DNA from: Euprymna scolopes
Lineage: Eukaryota
Reading direction: 5' to 3' (one strand)
DNA length: 64,000 bases
NCBI GenBank assembly: GCA_053919585.1
Contig: CM132807.1
The position numbers and the translations under genes were made by a program. This document shows positions 26,423-41,028 of this stretch, piece by piece. The notes beneath the pieces are model-generated. The model was not told where the DNA came from. It saw only the letters and a list, made by a program, of their open reading frames with translations, and ran no database searches. The first letter of the stretch is position 1. Each line of letters starts with the position of its first letter.

Positions 26423-26556
26423 TATAATGATAAAATAAAATAAACTCAGCCTTTCGTTATGTTGTTCCTAATGCAAACGGTCATACTTGTATTTCAAGTA
26501 TCAAATAGTTGTTGATGGCAAACAATTATTTTGTGGATTTCAGAAATATACACATA

Positions 26557-27742
26557 TTTTTAAAAATAGGGGGATCACCACTTATCAAGGCCCTGAATCC
26601 ACTCGGGGATAAGAGTTATTGTGTGTCCAGTAATCAATGGAAAAATATCGTAGTAATAGTTGCTATTTGAGATTTTATAAAGTGTATTACTTAAATGGGC
26701 GATTAATCAGGAAGTTGTTTATGTTGGACTTGAATACATCCAAGTTGTAGTCAGGTTGAAAACAGGCAAACGGAAGAGAATTCAACGCAGATAGAGAATT
26801 GCATTAGTTGGATCGATAGAAGGACCCTTCCATTTTCATAGAGGCTCGGGCAACAGTCTTGATATACGCGTTCAATTTCAGATCAGCAGTAAAGGTCAAA
26901 CCCAGGAGCTTGTCAAAACATGAAACCCCCTTCCAAGACGAGAACCATCCATTTTAATTGATGCCAGGTAGGGATCAGAGCGTTGATGATGTAAAGATAG
27001 GAGCTTGATTTTAGATGCATTAAAAGTAACCAGCCACCACTTCTCCCACTATACTACTAGATCAGAGGAGAGAGAATCAGAGAGTTTTGTCGTTTACGGC
27101 CTTTGATTTCTTGCAATAGTTGGACGTTTCATCAGCATCGATGTCAACGATGATTTAAGTATGTGTTTTGGGAGATGATTGATGTAGATCAGGAAGTGAG
27201 TTGGGCCCAAGATGGACCCCTGGTGGACTCCAGCATTAATACTGTGGGTCTCTGGTTGCTGCCAATCAACCACTTCGCTCATGAGTCTATCAGATATAAA
27301 TGACTTTATTATTGAGAAAACATTTCCAGTTACACCGTAGTTGGAAATCTTGTGAAATAGGTCCGTATGCCATACCTTATCGAAAGCCTAAGATATGTCA
27401 ATGAGCAATTGCCCTGGAAAGGAAGCCTTTATCGAGGGATTCACTAATCCTATGGGATATAATCGTTAGCGTATCAGCTGTAGAGCTAGTAGAATTAAAA
27501 CCATATTGCATGTCACTAAGGGGTCATTTCTGCTGAGGTAGTTGACTACTTCTTTATTTAATATGGAATCCAGTAATTTAATATGGCACACAAGAGACTT
27601 ATTGGTCTGTACTGAGAGGGCATATTGACGAGGTTTTCCAGGGTCTTCGAAAGCACTTCTCCTTAAGGCAGCGTTTAAACAGTTTTGTAAGTATGTGCGC
27701 AAGTTCTGGTGGAAGCTTTTTCAACACTATAATCGGAATCTT
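26557..27742 (-). mobile_element. CR1-type LINE fragment (subfamily B) with internal deletions
   Basis: INAGVHQGSILGPTHFLIYINHLP and DIS..AFDKVWH remnants. 3' UTR is homologous to 29.65-29.8 kb. Confidence 0.92.
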
Positions 27743-29648
27743 CATTACTTGTTTACATTAAAATATATTTTATTTTAACTTTATGTGTGTTTTTTGACGG
27801 CTTATATGAGAAACCAATTTCCAATCTGATTTTATTAGATGAAGGAAAAATTATAGAATATTATCGCACAATTGTACAGTTACCATTTATCTATTTTTTT
27901 AAATATTAAGGTGTGGCATAATGTAGAACAATCTTGAAGGAGCTCCCAACATTTTTAGCCGTTGCACCAGGGTGTATTATTGAAAATATCCAATGAAGAC
28001 AGTGCAGTTTATATCTCATAACATCGCCAACAATCTTGGCTCAGATGGGCAGGTGTGTAATAAACTAAGCCAACTCAAAGCTATCAACACCCAACTGCGT
28101 GGAAAAGCCAGAACTGCTAAACCCACATCATAATTTGAAAAACAAAATAATATTTTAGTCTCGGTTTTCTTGTGTATCTAGTTCTTTCCTCTTTTCTTCT
28201 GCCACTCCATTTTTTTTCGGACAAAGAAGTGTTATGTATTGTATTGAATGCATTGAATAGTTTTGCTGTAATCGTAGATTGCGACAGATATATGCACGTT
28301 TGGATCAGGTCGCAGTCGGAGACGGAAAGGTAAAGAATTAGTCTTGAATTTAACATGCTATATAAAATGTTTAAATAAAATACGATATTATCAACAATAG
28401 TAAGAGTTCATTATTTTCTACAAGTGTTCATGTACGACCAAAATGATTCCGACGACGTAAATTCTATTGGTAATGTCGCCTGGAAGACCCAGGGACAAGA
28501 CACACCACATGACGTTGTCGACATTGTATCAACCTATTAGTGTAAATTGGAAGTGCATATTGTTTCGTTTTGTTTAACAATCAGGAGCGGATTGCCGTTC
28601 CCAGGAACAACCATCCATTCAAAAGACATCCTTGCGAGATGGGCAAACCAAGTATATCTCTCCAACAAACAATCGTTTATAAAAATGAAGAATTTCTGCA
28701 ATGAAAATGAATTGAACAGAATATCACTAACTTATTTGGTGAGTTGAGATTTGGTTCGCTTGTTAAGGAAACGGACCTACGGTGTGGGTATCCCAAGTTT
28801 TAAGCCAGTCTGTTCCATCCACAAAACTTCTTAAACATACCATGTTTGCAACCTTTACGTGGTCTTTCCCATAGGTTTTTGATGTCATTCTACACCATAG
28901 AATTCTCGGATAGAAACGATATGATGATGTTCTGTAAAGTTCAGTTTCTTCCCATTATTTTTTGTATGTTTATGTTTAATATTTACAAATAAGCAAAAAT
29001 GAAAAACACAACTCATAAATATCGACGAAACTCAAATGTTTATCTTCTTATTTTAAACTGCGAAAACATTATCATGTCTCTAAAGAGTTCAATTCTGTGC
29101 GAATGCGTACACTGTGAAAGATGAAATGATAACATTTTAAATGGACGAAATAAAAAGATAAGGAATGAGTTTTTATTATTTTTACTATTAAATCTAAAAC
29201 ACTCTTGTTAGTTGTTATCAGAACGTTCTAATCGATATAACCCCCGATCCTAGCCATGTACAGAACAGTAGTATGTGTAATCTACATAATACGAATACTC
29301 AATTTGCATCTAAAAATTTCGAAAACTTGGTAGCTCGAATAATCCCCTTACTACAAACAAGAAATGCTACTTCCTCTAATACTATTCTTTTAGTAATAGA
29401 AATTATTTTTTGATTACTAGTTAGAAAGTGAAAGCTTTAATTATGTACAGGTGTGATCTAATTGAGTTCGGGGAGCATTTTGCTCCCCGTTCAAGGGGTT
29501 CAAACCTCCCAGAGACCTTAGGAAAACCGGGTAACTATGTTAAGATTGCTTTAATTAATCTCAGGCAATAACGGATATCACAAAGACTTGAATTGAAATA
29601 TATAAATATATTTTGCTTTATTGTTGAAAACCAGCTTCATATTTGCTA

Positions 29649-30988
29649 TTTTTTTATTTTTAGATGGGGGCACCACTCATCAAGGCCCAGGATCCACTCG
29701 GGGATAAGGGTTATTGTGTGTACACTAATCAGTGGGATAGTATCGTAATACTAGTTAGTATTGGGGATTTGATAGGTACCATTACTTAAGGGGGCAATTC
29801 ACCAGGAATTTGTTTGTGTTGGGCTTGAAGACATCCAAGCTGAATTCGTGGGGGGGGGGGCAAGCGACAGAAACTTCCACAGCAGTTCTAAGAAAGAAGC
29901 TTTGTTCATGGAATCTACGTTTTCATTTAGGCACGGATAAAGAGTTGGGAAAATGATTGACAGTGGTTTCAGCTAGTCGGATTTTTTCATGAAAGATTGG
30001 CGAAGGGGGCCAGAAAATGGAGCTCAGACGAGCACTTGTCATTGAAGTAACCGTCAAACAGAGACAGGCTCGCAACGACTCTTCTGTGGGAGAGAGGTTT
30101 CAGGGAAGAGAAAAGGTCATCCTCCACCAAGCCACGAAGTCTATTTTGTACTCTGTCAAGGCAGGCTAGACGGTTTTTAGCAGCTCCTGTCCAGATGTGG
30201 CAGCAGTACACCATCCTTGGGCGTATTCGGCTTAAACACAGATAGAGAATTGCATCATTAGTGAGATATCTTCTGCAGCGGTAGAAGGATCCCACCATTT
30301 TCCCAGCGACCTTGGCAACAGACTTTATGTATGTGTTCCATTTCAGATCAGGAGTAAAGGTCAAATCAAGAAGCTTATCAAAACATGGGGCCTCCCCTAT
30401 ACTAAAGCCATTCATTTCAATACGTGCCAGATGGGAATCAGAGCGTTTATTATGTAATGATAGGAGCTTGGTCTTAGATGCATTAAAGGTTACCCCCACC
30501 TCTTCCCCCACTGAACCACGCGCTCAAGATCTGAGGAGAGAGAATCAGAGAAAACGCTGTCATTTACGGCCTTTGATGTGTTTCCATTGATAGTCGTGTC
30601 ATCAGAATAGATGTCAACGAATGATTTTAGTATTTGTTTTGGGAGATCATTGATGTAGATCAAGAAGAGAGTTGGGCCCAGGATGGACCTGTGAGGGACT
30701 CCAGCATTAATACTGTGGACCTCTGATTTCTGCCCATCAACCATTACTCTTATGAGCCTATCAGAGAGAAAGGATTTATTGATAGAGAAAATATTTCCAG
30801 TTATACCATAGCTGGAAATCCTGTGAAGTAGGCATTTCTGCCATACCTTGTCGAATACGTTTGATATGTCAAGAGCAATTTCCCTGGAAATGAAGCCTTT
30901 GTCAAGAGATTCGATAATTCTAGGTGATATAACTGTTAGCACGTCAGCTGTGGATCTAGCAGAACGGAAGCCATATTGCGTGTCACTG
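29649..30988 (-). mobile_element. 5'-truncated CR1-type LINE (subfamily B): RT domain, 3' UTR, A-rich tail; frameshifted
   Basis: ORF 30490-30942 (ALDISNVFDKVW, GVPHRSILGPTLFLIYINDLP, YSDDTT) and ORF 29987-30511 (FNASKTK, DLKWNTYI, YCCHIW, LDRVQNR). Tail is a T run on the + strand at 29649-29661. Confidence 0.95.
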
Positions 30989-31029
30989 TATTATCTACTC
31001 TACATTAACAAATAGGTAAGAGGAACTTA

Positions 31030-31407
31030 TTAATATCTACTTAGTTAAAGTCCTTTGTCCCATTCCCAGTTTAGGATAGTACTTGAAGATAGTTTCCCCT
31101 CCCATATGAATCCGTGTAAGGTTTTTTCCTTTTTTTCTTTGCTTTAGATACCTCAAGGTAGGAACTTCCGGCATCACCTCATAATTAGGTTCCATTAATG
31201 GGAATTGTGCAGTCGGCTTATGTTTTTTGGATTTGAGAATCTTATTTAAAGACTGTTTTGGAGTAGTACGAGGCATAATTGACAAGAAAGATTGAAAAAC
31301 AAGAAAATTAGCTGAACAGTATAAGTAGAGTTAAGTTGTTTCTGATTTTAAGTAAAAAATGCAATAAGAACAAATTAAAATAAAATAAAATATAAAGATA
31401 AGCACGC

Positions 31408-31459
<52 letters not shown>

Positions 31460-31990
31460 TGCACAAGCGTAGTTATGAAAAATAGACGACAGGACCCCGG
31501 GCTAGGTAGTCTGGTTCAAGAGGAGGACATGCTGAATGACGGGGGTGATTTCTTAGGTCATTGGAATAGATATTAATTTTGGTCCCAGATTACAAAACTG
31601 GTGATATGGCTGAAATGCACACCCGCAATCCGTATTTTGTGTTTTTCTCCCCAGATGCGTGCACTAATTTTATTGGGTTAGGGATTTTTTTCACCTCGAC
31701 ACCCAGCACTCCACTATATAAGGCTAATGTCGATTGGCGCAGGACTTCGAGATAATAATAATCGCTCCCTGAAGACGAAACCACCCCTTTCCATTTCGCC
31801 TGAGTGCCATCTATGAAGAAGAAAGACTCGAGACTTTTAAAAAACTTTAAGTGTACATATGTGTAAAAAGTCTGTAATGTTTGCAGATGAAACAAGGTGT
31901 TCGGAATATCAAAGTGACGACCTCTCGAAGAACCAGGTATCACGAGCAGAACTTTCCCGAAGATGATCAAGGGTCCTTGCGTGACCTCAC
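31030..31990 (-). mobile_element. Eroded retroelement relic, possibly Penelope-like RT
   Basis: KGVVSSSGSDYYYL resembles RPIVSxxGSxTYxL, and KYGLRVCISAISPVL resembles GxxMGSxxSPVL. Interrupted by (TA)n. Confidence 0.35.
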
Positions 31991-33649
31991 CGGAGGGGGT
32001 GTTACACAGGTCTAAACTTGTATAAACGTTTGATAAAAGTTCTTTGAAATATTTATCATTTTTTGAGTTATACTTAGATTATGAAATTTAAAACATAAAT
32101 CGAATATAATTCATGTACGTAATTTTATAAACAGCTTAATAATTTTTAAACCGAAGAATGTGCCCATAACAGATTTTCACAAAAAGAGTATGCCACAGAA
32201 ACGCCAAGCGTATGTATTTAGTTAAATATCTAAAGAATATAGAAATCTTATTGCTTAAATTCTCTAATCTTTTCTTAAACTTGAAATTTCTATTTTTCTA
32301 AAAGTGCACTGGGTTCATGATAAAGGAAACATAAACGTTTCCTTATAATTTCTAAGATAGATGTGATACCAATCGTTCAAAGGATAGCTTATCCCACTTG
32401 AAAGTAGGGTTCTATTCTCACACAAATGCAGTAAATAATCCCATTACCCTTAAAATCATGCATTTCAATGCTGCGCAGAAAAGTAACTTCATGTTGAAAT
32501 GAAAACAAAAAGTTGTTTTTTACTTGTATTATTCGCGATTCTGTTTTCACAAAGTTCTATTGATGTAAACTTTTTTATTTATTCACGTGTGTTTTCTCTT
32601 GAATTCGCTAATCCACACAGCATTTAAAGAGAAACCATTAATTTTCTCAAGTGAACCACTCACTTTTAGGGCAAGAATCAGTCGAAGATAGACCCTTCTA
32701 TCCCATGGGTTTTGTATTCCGTTTGCAATTTAGCGGGAATTCATTGGTTTAACCAGAAACATCTTTACAATATCGGGGCTTATATCAACCGAAATGTCGT
32801 AAAATAAACGTGCAATATTAGAATGATAGTCTTAATAATAGAATGATTAAAAAATAAACTGTCATTCGAACAATTAAGAAAATAGTTTTTCTTACTTGAA
32901 TAGTTTATTGTTTTTCTAAATATTATAAAATGCTCATGAATAATGACTTTAAATATATTTCGTTTTCTTTCTGGATTGCTTGTTGTATAACGCGGTAATT
33001 TTCTAGTCAATATTATCTATAGAAATTTATTTTCATTAGAATTGTTTATTATTTATGCTAAAACCTGCAGCTCAAAACTAAGCAGTCGCTTAGGCAGGAT
33101 TCTGTCATGTAAATTATATTCACAGTATACTCAACCTATTTCTGCTGGTCATTAGATAATATGCCTTTGTGAATAAACAAAATAACTGATCATCCAATTT
33201 CAAAAGGTGAAAAGTAAAACAATTTTAACAACTTTGAGCTTTGTCCCTCGAAACTATGCTAGAACAAGAAATGTAAGCATATTTTTCTTATTAAATATAT
33301 AATATAGAATGTGTTAAAATATTAAAGGTTTTAATGCTTATAATAACAAAAAATAAACCTCACATAGTATAGATGGTAGAATATATAATGTGAACACTAT
33401 ATTGAAGACAACATTTATATATATATACCTGGTGTAAGACAACATCAGTTTCAAATAACAGGTTGGCATATAGCAGGGTGTAACTGCGTTTCACTGGCCG
33501 AAAAAATAATATCCTAATCAAAATTATTAGGAAGGAAAACATTAAATAGAATATTTCAATATTATTTACATAAAATTGTAAATAATACTAAATTTAAAAA
33601 TGATGTTGTCCACACTAAAAAAAAGTGAATATTCTATATTAAGCAAGAG

Positions 33650-34660
33650 AACAACCAATCCTCCTATGCCGTCGAAACACACCCATAAAAATAAATTGAC
33701 CCAATGGAATGAAATGATATTTGAAAATTATTCCCTATAAGAGTTTATATAAACAGCAAATGACAAGAATTCCCAGAGCATACAATTGCAGAAAAAGCCT
33801 GGTTAATAATAACGAACGAAAACACATCGGATATTCAACTATATAAAGAAAATGAGAAATTGATTCAAAAGACATATATAAGATTCTTGACTTTAATGAA
33901 TTGATATGGTTGACAAAATATCTAGAGCAGAGATAACAACAAAATCTGTGAAGACCTGTTTCATAATTTACAAGAATACAACGATTTCAACGGGAGCATT
34001 CGTTAAATCTACGAAAGAACATAAAATAACAAATATAGATAAGGTTACTTTTGAATACGTATGTGGAAACATAAGAGCTGGCCATGTACAACATCCGCCG
34101 AATCTCTGGTTTATCAATAAATCTCTCACTGACAAAGTGAATGAAAACTTGCTATTTTATTACTCTAGGAATTGGATCAGTGCAATAAAGTTATTAAAGC
34201 CGCTACTAATACAACGTCTCAGATATTCAGAAGAAGAAAATGAGGTAATGTTTAAGTAAACAAATAAAACAAGTCCGATAACATTCAAGTAATGCACAAG
34301 CTCTCGATATTGGCTAACTCAAAGATAAGAGTTCTTTTGAGAATCATATCCCATAATATTCAAGATATGCAGATAACACGTGCAACTAAAGAATTGAAAC
34401 AGCGTATGAAATAAAACTCCCATAGTCAAACATGATAGGGACAGATTTAACATGATCAACAACATAGCCATAAATTTCTGTTTCATCGGTAAGAAGAGAC
34501 TGAAATAAAAAATGACGTCAGGGGAGTCTTATGTATTCTAGAAAAAAAAAAGAATTTCGAAACAAGATAAAAAACATCAACATTATGTAGAATCAAACAT
34601 TGATACCGACACAGAGCGACACATGATCATAAGAGTGACTGGTCAACTTCCTTATATGTA
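33650..34660 (+). mobile_element. Eroded LINE relic, possibly the R4/Dong pre-RT region
   Basis: A-rich coding-like strand, 117 aa ORF at 33906-34259, downstream KELKQR motif. Many stops. Confidence 0.3.
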
Positions 34661-35694
34661 AGGTAAAACTTACCTTAATGCTAATTTTTAAATTTTCAGT
34701 CTTCCACTAGGCTTAAAAATTCAAAGTGTTTGTCTTAACGGAGTAGCTCTACTGAGATAGGGAAAAAGGTAACTGCAACATTTATTATTAAAGACACGAC
34801 GTGAAAATAGAAAAAAATGTCTCTCAGTTATGTAGAAAGGTTTTACTTGTTTTACAAAAGTATCGATAGTAATTTGGATCAAAACAATTTGCTATCAAAG
34901 TTCCAACACGGCGCCAGAGAAGATAAACTTCTGTTCGATGAAATAAAAAGTAATTCGTTCATCGATACACATATGTTTAGAAATGTCGAATTGTCCTCAA
35001 CATTACATCAGCTATGGAAATATCATGATAAATTGAGAAAAGATGTTTTACTTCAGGAAATATTGTATAAGGCAAAGTAAAAAGAAAGAAAGATTCCTAA
35101 GCGCGGTAGAAGATCCCTTTTACTTTTTGTCATCAGCTGTATATGGATTGCATTAGTTTTACGAGGTGTGAAATGCAAGATACGAACTAAAAATGCATTC
35201 TTTGTTTAACATACTAACTTATTAGATGATGGAGAAAAAGAAACGTTTTGCTAAGCATGAAAAGCAACTTTATACACAAAAGAATAAGATCAGACCGTTA
35301 AGATCAGACGACATGTGGATTGATTTTAATATAAACAAATTCGATATTCTCGTTATTTACAAATGAAAAATTGGCCATTTAGAAAACTTTGTTTTTCCAA
35401 CCACTAATCTCATAAAAAATGTTAAGCGTGAAAGAGGCGAAAAAATACTTGGACGTACTGGAGGTTTAAAAATTTCAGAGCATAACATGCACATATTAAG
35501 AGTTATTCTTTTAATCGTGAATCCACAGTCGGGATAAAAAATTATATATCAATAGTAATATTTTTTTATTACAATGATAATCATAATGATATTAAACATA
35601 ATGATAATGAATTATAATGATAATAAAAAGAATAATAGTAATTATAATAATAATGATATAATAATGATAATTATAATTATAATAACAGTAATGG

Positions 35695-35749
<55 letters not shown>

Positions 35750-36839
35750 AGGGAAGGAAGTCGGGTGCAGTAATAATAAATAATAAAGAGAAATAATATC
35801 CAACTTAGTATATTAGAAAATATGAGACATTGCTTACTGAGTTAGATAAAGAAATACCCAGCAACTATTTAGGAGAGAAAAAAAGAGAAAGTGCATTACC
35901 TATGAAAACGAAGTTTTCCTAAAATAACCGCAGGAATAATTTTATCAGCATGATAAAAAATAATTTACTGAACCCCACAGAGAAGCCACTCGCGTTAGAT
36001 TTCTCAAAACTACATCGAGGAAACTGCAGAATCACGGATGCGCATATTGTGTTATACAAAAAAAAAACAACACATATTACATCAATCAATCAACGTATGC
36101 AAGTTCAACATTAATATAGAAATAAAGTAACGAAGAGCACCCCCTGCTCATACGCAAAAATATACACACATTCTATTAAATAGCAAAAAATTAGAATCTA
36201 TACTTACGAGAAAAACAACAATAAATTTGGCTACACCATTAATGAAAGTGATATTTTTGTAACTGGGCAACTTCGAACTTAGAAAATCCGGGTTCTCAGA
36301 CCGCGTGGTATACATCATGACGAACGTCACCATCGACCAGCTGTTAATTTAAGAGTGGTTACAGGGTTGTGTGTTACAAAGCACGCTCTATACTTTTCCG
36401 ATCGATGCATCAAAAGAGCCTGGAAAAATTGCATTGTGAATACTGGTAAAATTAAATTCTGATAAAATTGCTTGCTTTAATCTTACGCATTGTTATTTTC
36501 GGAGTAAAATAATAAGTGGTTAACTTTTAGAACGTACTTCGTACGAGAGAAACACTGGTATCTGTTCATTAATTAAACATTATTTAATACAATAGTTTAC
36601 ATCTGGACAATTGTGCGTTATTTACTAATGAAGAATTTAATATAATTATGCTAAATTTATAACATGAGTAGATATATTTACAAAAATGAGAAACTATTTT
36701 TAAATGTGTAATAATAAATAAAAGTATACGCATTTAAATTGAAACAACTAGTCGTATTCTACATATGCACAAATTGTTCGCAAGCGTATGACATCCTGGC
36801 CTTTTACGTGAAAGTATAGGCTATAGTATTGGAGAGAAA

Positions 36840-37545
36840 TGTTATTAGTTTTTTTGTATGGTGAAGCTGTGTACTTAGTGGTGTTGCTTGAATCTACTAA
36901 TATGTCGAGAAATTGTATTTTGCTTTATTTTAAATTTGGTTCGTCTGAAAATTTGAGGACGGAGCGTGTTTTTAGATTTAGTTTAAGTTTTGGAATGTTT
37001 GTATGGCTCCTGCTGCAATGAATATGGCATCGACATATCAGGTAAAGATTGTAAGTTTAATTTTTTGATCTGTGAACATTGTGTTTTGGAGGTGGGTCAT
37101 ATAGTATTCTGCGAATATAGGGCTAAGAGATTACCAGACTGAGACGTCATCTATTTGAATGTATGGTTTCCCATAAAGTTCAGTGCAGGGGACATTTGGT
37201 GTGCATTTTGATAGTAACTTTTAGAGGGATAGGGTATTTTAGCTGGAGTGGGTATTGTGATGTGGTTGTATACTTGATTAAGAATTATTTTAATTGTGTC
37301 ATATACAGAAAGGATAGTAAATGGGGGTCCAGCGTGGTGGGGCTCGGTTATTCGTTTGTGAAAGGGGATGTATATTTTCGGGGGTCGATGAAGTCAGGGG
37401 TAGATTTTATGCAGGATTTACTAGGTATGTAAAGTTGAAAAATGTCAGTGAAATGTTGGGCGATATTATACATGTCATGTAGCGGGGAGGTGTAATATCG
37501 GGGCACAGAACAGAAAATGTTAATGATAGTTATATTCATTTACAT
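36840..37545 (-). mobile_element. Penelope-like element RT pseudogene
   Basis: YNIAQHFTDIFQLYIPSKSCIKSTPDFID, SPFTN, then LYGKPYIQIDDVSVW*SLSPIFAEYYMTHL...FT*YVDAIFI. These match the PLE motifs QxxGxxMGSxLSP and RYVDD. Confidence 0.8.
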
Positions 37546-38339
37546 CAGTATGACTGTAGCGATTCTTGAAGACTTCATTTTATTATTATGGAGCGTAAAC
37601 ATTTATGAAATAGTTTTTGTTTGCACAGATATAGAGATGATACATTACTGACGATAGCGGAGGGCACATAAGATTTTGAACGAGTTATACGAGTTATTTT
37701 AGATGAGGATAGGCGCATTTACCTTTCACTTGGCGGAACTACAACAGAGAAAGACAACAGAATACAAATAGCAGATGTTTTATATTAGCTGGATGAGTGA
37801 TGATGTCAGCGATCCAAGCCTTTTCGACGATATGGTCTACTCTTCTCGCATTCATCTCAAAGGCTAAGAGCTCCACAAAGTCGCTGTCCGCCGCTCTTTT
37901 CTAACTGACTATCACTGTGACTGTGATTCTCTTATTGACTTATCGAACCCTGTCTCTGTATATTGAGAAGCTCCTTTCTTTATAACGTAAGAGGTGTGCT
38001 ATTCTACGTGAATAAATTTCATGGAGTTTGCATATGTCTGTCCAAACACATTATAGTAAACAAAGAATTCCCAATTTTAAGTGTTCAATATCTAACCTAC
38101 TTTTAGTCATTATTTATAAACTCTCAATGCCCAATTTTTACGGGCATATTAAATATCCAGTTATTTCCAAAAGAATGAACAACTGACTAAATATTTTATC
38201 TATCTCTGGCAGAAATAATAGTTACGTATTTACGAGAACAAGGCAAATCGTTCTGCATTCTTTATCGGTAAACACTTGCCTAGTGGATTCGATTCAGCCT
38301 TTTCCTAATAGAATTTTCACAATGTTTGCTTTCTTACTT

Positions 38340-38870
38340 ACTGGGGTGTGTCCCTTTTCATAACATACACTGGGGTGGTAATTTGAGAGATTATGGGTTT
38401 TAAGTGTATCCTGTTTTGTGAATTGTAATTTTCTCGTATACGCATCTATTACTTTTTCTTAAAATTAAATTTTAGTGTTCCGATTTCAGCGTTGTTTACA
38501 GTTATAATATGATTAATTTGTGTTTTAGTTGTTCTGTAGGATTTTAAGTAAGTGGATAAATTTTCGTGTATCATATATAATGTTGTTTATTTTAAAGTTG
38601 TAGTTGGTTTATTTAAGATTGTGTACATATTGGATTTGTTTGCCATTCGTATAGCGATCTCCGTAGTGTTGGAAAGTTATTTTGCTTTGTTGTTAGGATA
38701 TAGGTAGATTGTTTGCGTTTGTATCGATTGTCAAATCCTTTATAATTTTTAAGAGATTTTGAGGTTGGCATGTGTGGAGATTTTATTTTGTCTGATGATA
38801 ATCGGACGCACAGACAGACATCGCTTGAGTAGAATAATGCAGAACAACTTTTGGGCGTCATTCTTTAAAA
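38340..38870 (-). mobile_element. Penelope-like element pre-RT segment, likely the upstream part of the 36.8-37.5 kb copy
   Basis: Minus strand KINNIIYDTRKF, NPTEQLK and LKPIISQITTPVY, matching RPIISQxxTPTY. Confidence 0.65.
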
Positions 38871-39256
38871 CATGTCAATTGAAATAAAAAAAGACCGCAC
38901 GGCGAATGAAGAGATATCCAGAAAAATCGGAAATAAAAAAGAATTATGCTATGTTCAATCAGATATGATTTAATAATGGCTTGCTGCCANNNNNNNNNNN
39001 NNNNNNNNNNNNNNNNNNNNNNNNNNNNNNNNNNNNNNNNNNNNNNNNNNNNNNNNNNNNNNNNNNNNNNNNNNNNNNNNNNNNNNNNNNNNNNNNNNNN
39101 NNNNNNNNNNNNNNNNNNNNNNNNNNNNNNNNNNNNNNNNNNNNNATCGACGTACTAGTTTTACATGGCACTACTGGAATGGGCAATTGATTTATTTAAT
39201 TTCAGAATCGGATACAGATAATAATAAAATAAGATTGAAATAAGTATATTATTTTA

Positions 39257-39257
<1 letters not shown>

Positions 39258-39326
<69 letters not shown>
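39258..39326. repeat. (AAT)n microsatellite
   Basis: Visible directly in the sequence. Confidence 0.95.
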
Positions 39327-40958
39327 TCAATTATCAATTATCTCTTATCTATTTCTGAATTGAATGTCCACGACTTCATTAAATATTTGTTTAATTAAAT
39401 GCCACGGAAAAAAGAGATTTTTATCTTCTAAATGAACTAATAATACATTCATTTTCACCTCGATAATTATTTCAAAATTGGATAATTTCCGTTCAAGTGG
39501 ATTATTATAAAATGAATACAATATTAGATTTTCATTTTCGCACATAGATAAAGTATATATTAGTTTGTACTATTTTCATCCCGACGTGCACTTAATTAAA
39601 TCTTGCATCAAATCTAGTTAATCAAGAAAGTATATTCTTTTAAGATTTGATTGCTATTTCTACTTGTATGTTAGAGCGAAAGTCTTGTTCGTTTGGTAAC
39701 GCTCGATAAAATAATGAGAAAATACCGGTGTGCTAAATATATATAAATAAATTATCAAGGGTATGTCTTTGCACAAAGTAAGTATGTAAGGCCCTCCAAA
39801 TGTTCTATTACCACGTTTATCACAATTCACTGCATCGGAAACATTTCATGTACGGAAATAATGGAATAGACCACGGTAGAAGTTGTAACAGATCATGCAT
39901 TGGTCCGAGTGAGAAAATTAGCAGCATCAGCCGATGGATATCTGGTTAACGAAAACATTATCAACAGAAGATGTTAAATCACGTATGCAAATGAGCCTGT
40001 GTGCACGAGATTGCGTCACAAGAAACCGAGAGAAATACTCTATGTGGTCGAGAGAGAAGTAAAGTTCGCGCCAGGATATTTTGGAAGTGTAAAGTTGAGA
40101 GCGAGAAAGTGCTGGTTGTGGATGGCTGATTTTTTTCTTTCCCAATTGTGCTTCATTTGTTTGTTTCTTTGCGGCTGAGTCGGGCAGCGTCTGGGTTCAA
40201 GTTGTTTTAATTGTAAAGACGCATTTAAAAAGTACCGCCTAATTTCCATTCCTTTATGTGCATTGTTCCATTCCTGCGACTTTACACAACACAATGTTTA
40301 TAATATTAATCGTGAATGTTGTTGCAATGTTTAATTCAAGTAATGTCTTTTTGCAATACTGTATTTTGCATTTTTATAATACTATTTACTGGAGGATATT
40401 CTTGTCGCAGTGATTGGATCGATGTAAAAACCAAGTAGCTCTTATAGCAATATTTGATCACTAATATTCCAAGTAAAATACGAGCGATGGCTAGGATGCA
40501 ATTGTAGATATCTATTGATGCTTACAAGTTTATAATTAAACACATGTTCTGCGCACTTCCTGCCAATTAACTTCAAATGTTCCGTTCAGAATGCTCAACA
40601 TATTCTATCATTCAGCATTTTTCTTCCGGTTTCCACAGAACCGACATATAATACTTAATGTTACATGTAATACAACCAGTTATCAATTCAGTGTTATCTT
40701 TACATGGTTACGCATGTACAGTTTGTGACCTATGCTTACATTCAAATTTGCTCGGAATATTAGGGCGGTTTACGACAGCAGCTATAAGTTATTATGCATT
40801 TAGCCAATCGGTTTTCGATGAGAATTTTAACTTCTGAATACAATATCTCGCATTTGTGTGATTTTAAAGTGCGTGTAATGTGTTTCGCTGCACTTTTATG
40901 AGTGTGGCGATTGTACATATTATATGTTAAGTAGCCTGCGTTCTTGATTATCGTGAGA

Positions 40959-41028
<70 letters not shown>

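Noticed and set aside
28400-28960. GC-richer coding-like patches (also 6510-6770, 41500-41760, 43100-43800, 54290-54720)
   Set aside because: Probably old transposon debris, but I found no motif clear enough to assign a family.
29469-29488. Short palindrome ggggagcattttgctcccc
   Set aside because: Isolated small hairpin with no matching terminus. Not a terminator in this context.
39675-39706. miR-375-like seed ttgttcgtttgg
   Set aside because: No pre-miRNA-length hairpin and the 3' part does not match. No conserved miRNA was recognised elsewhere by eye.
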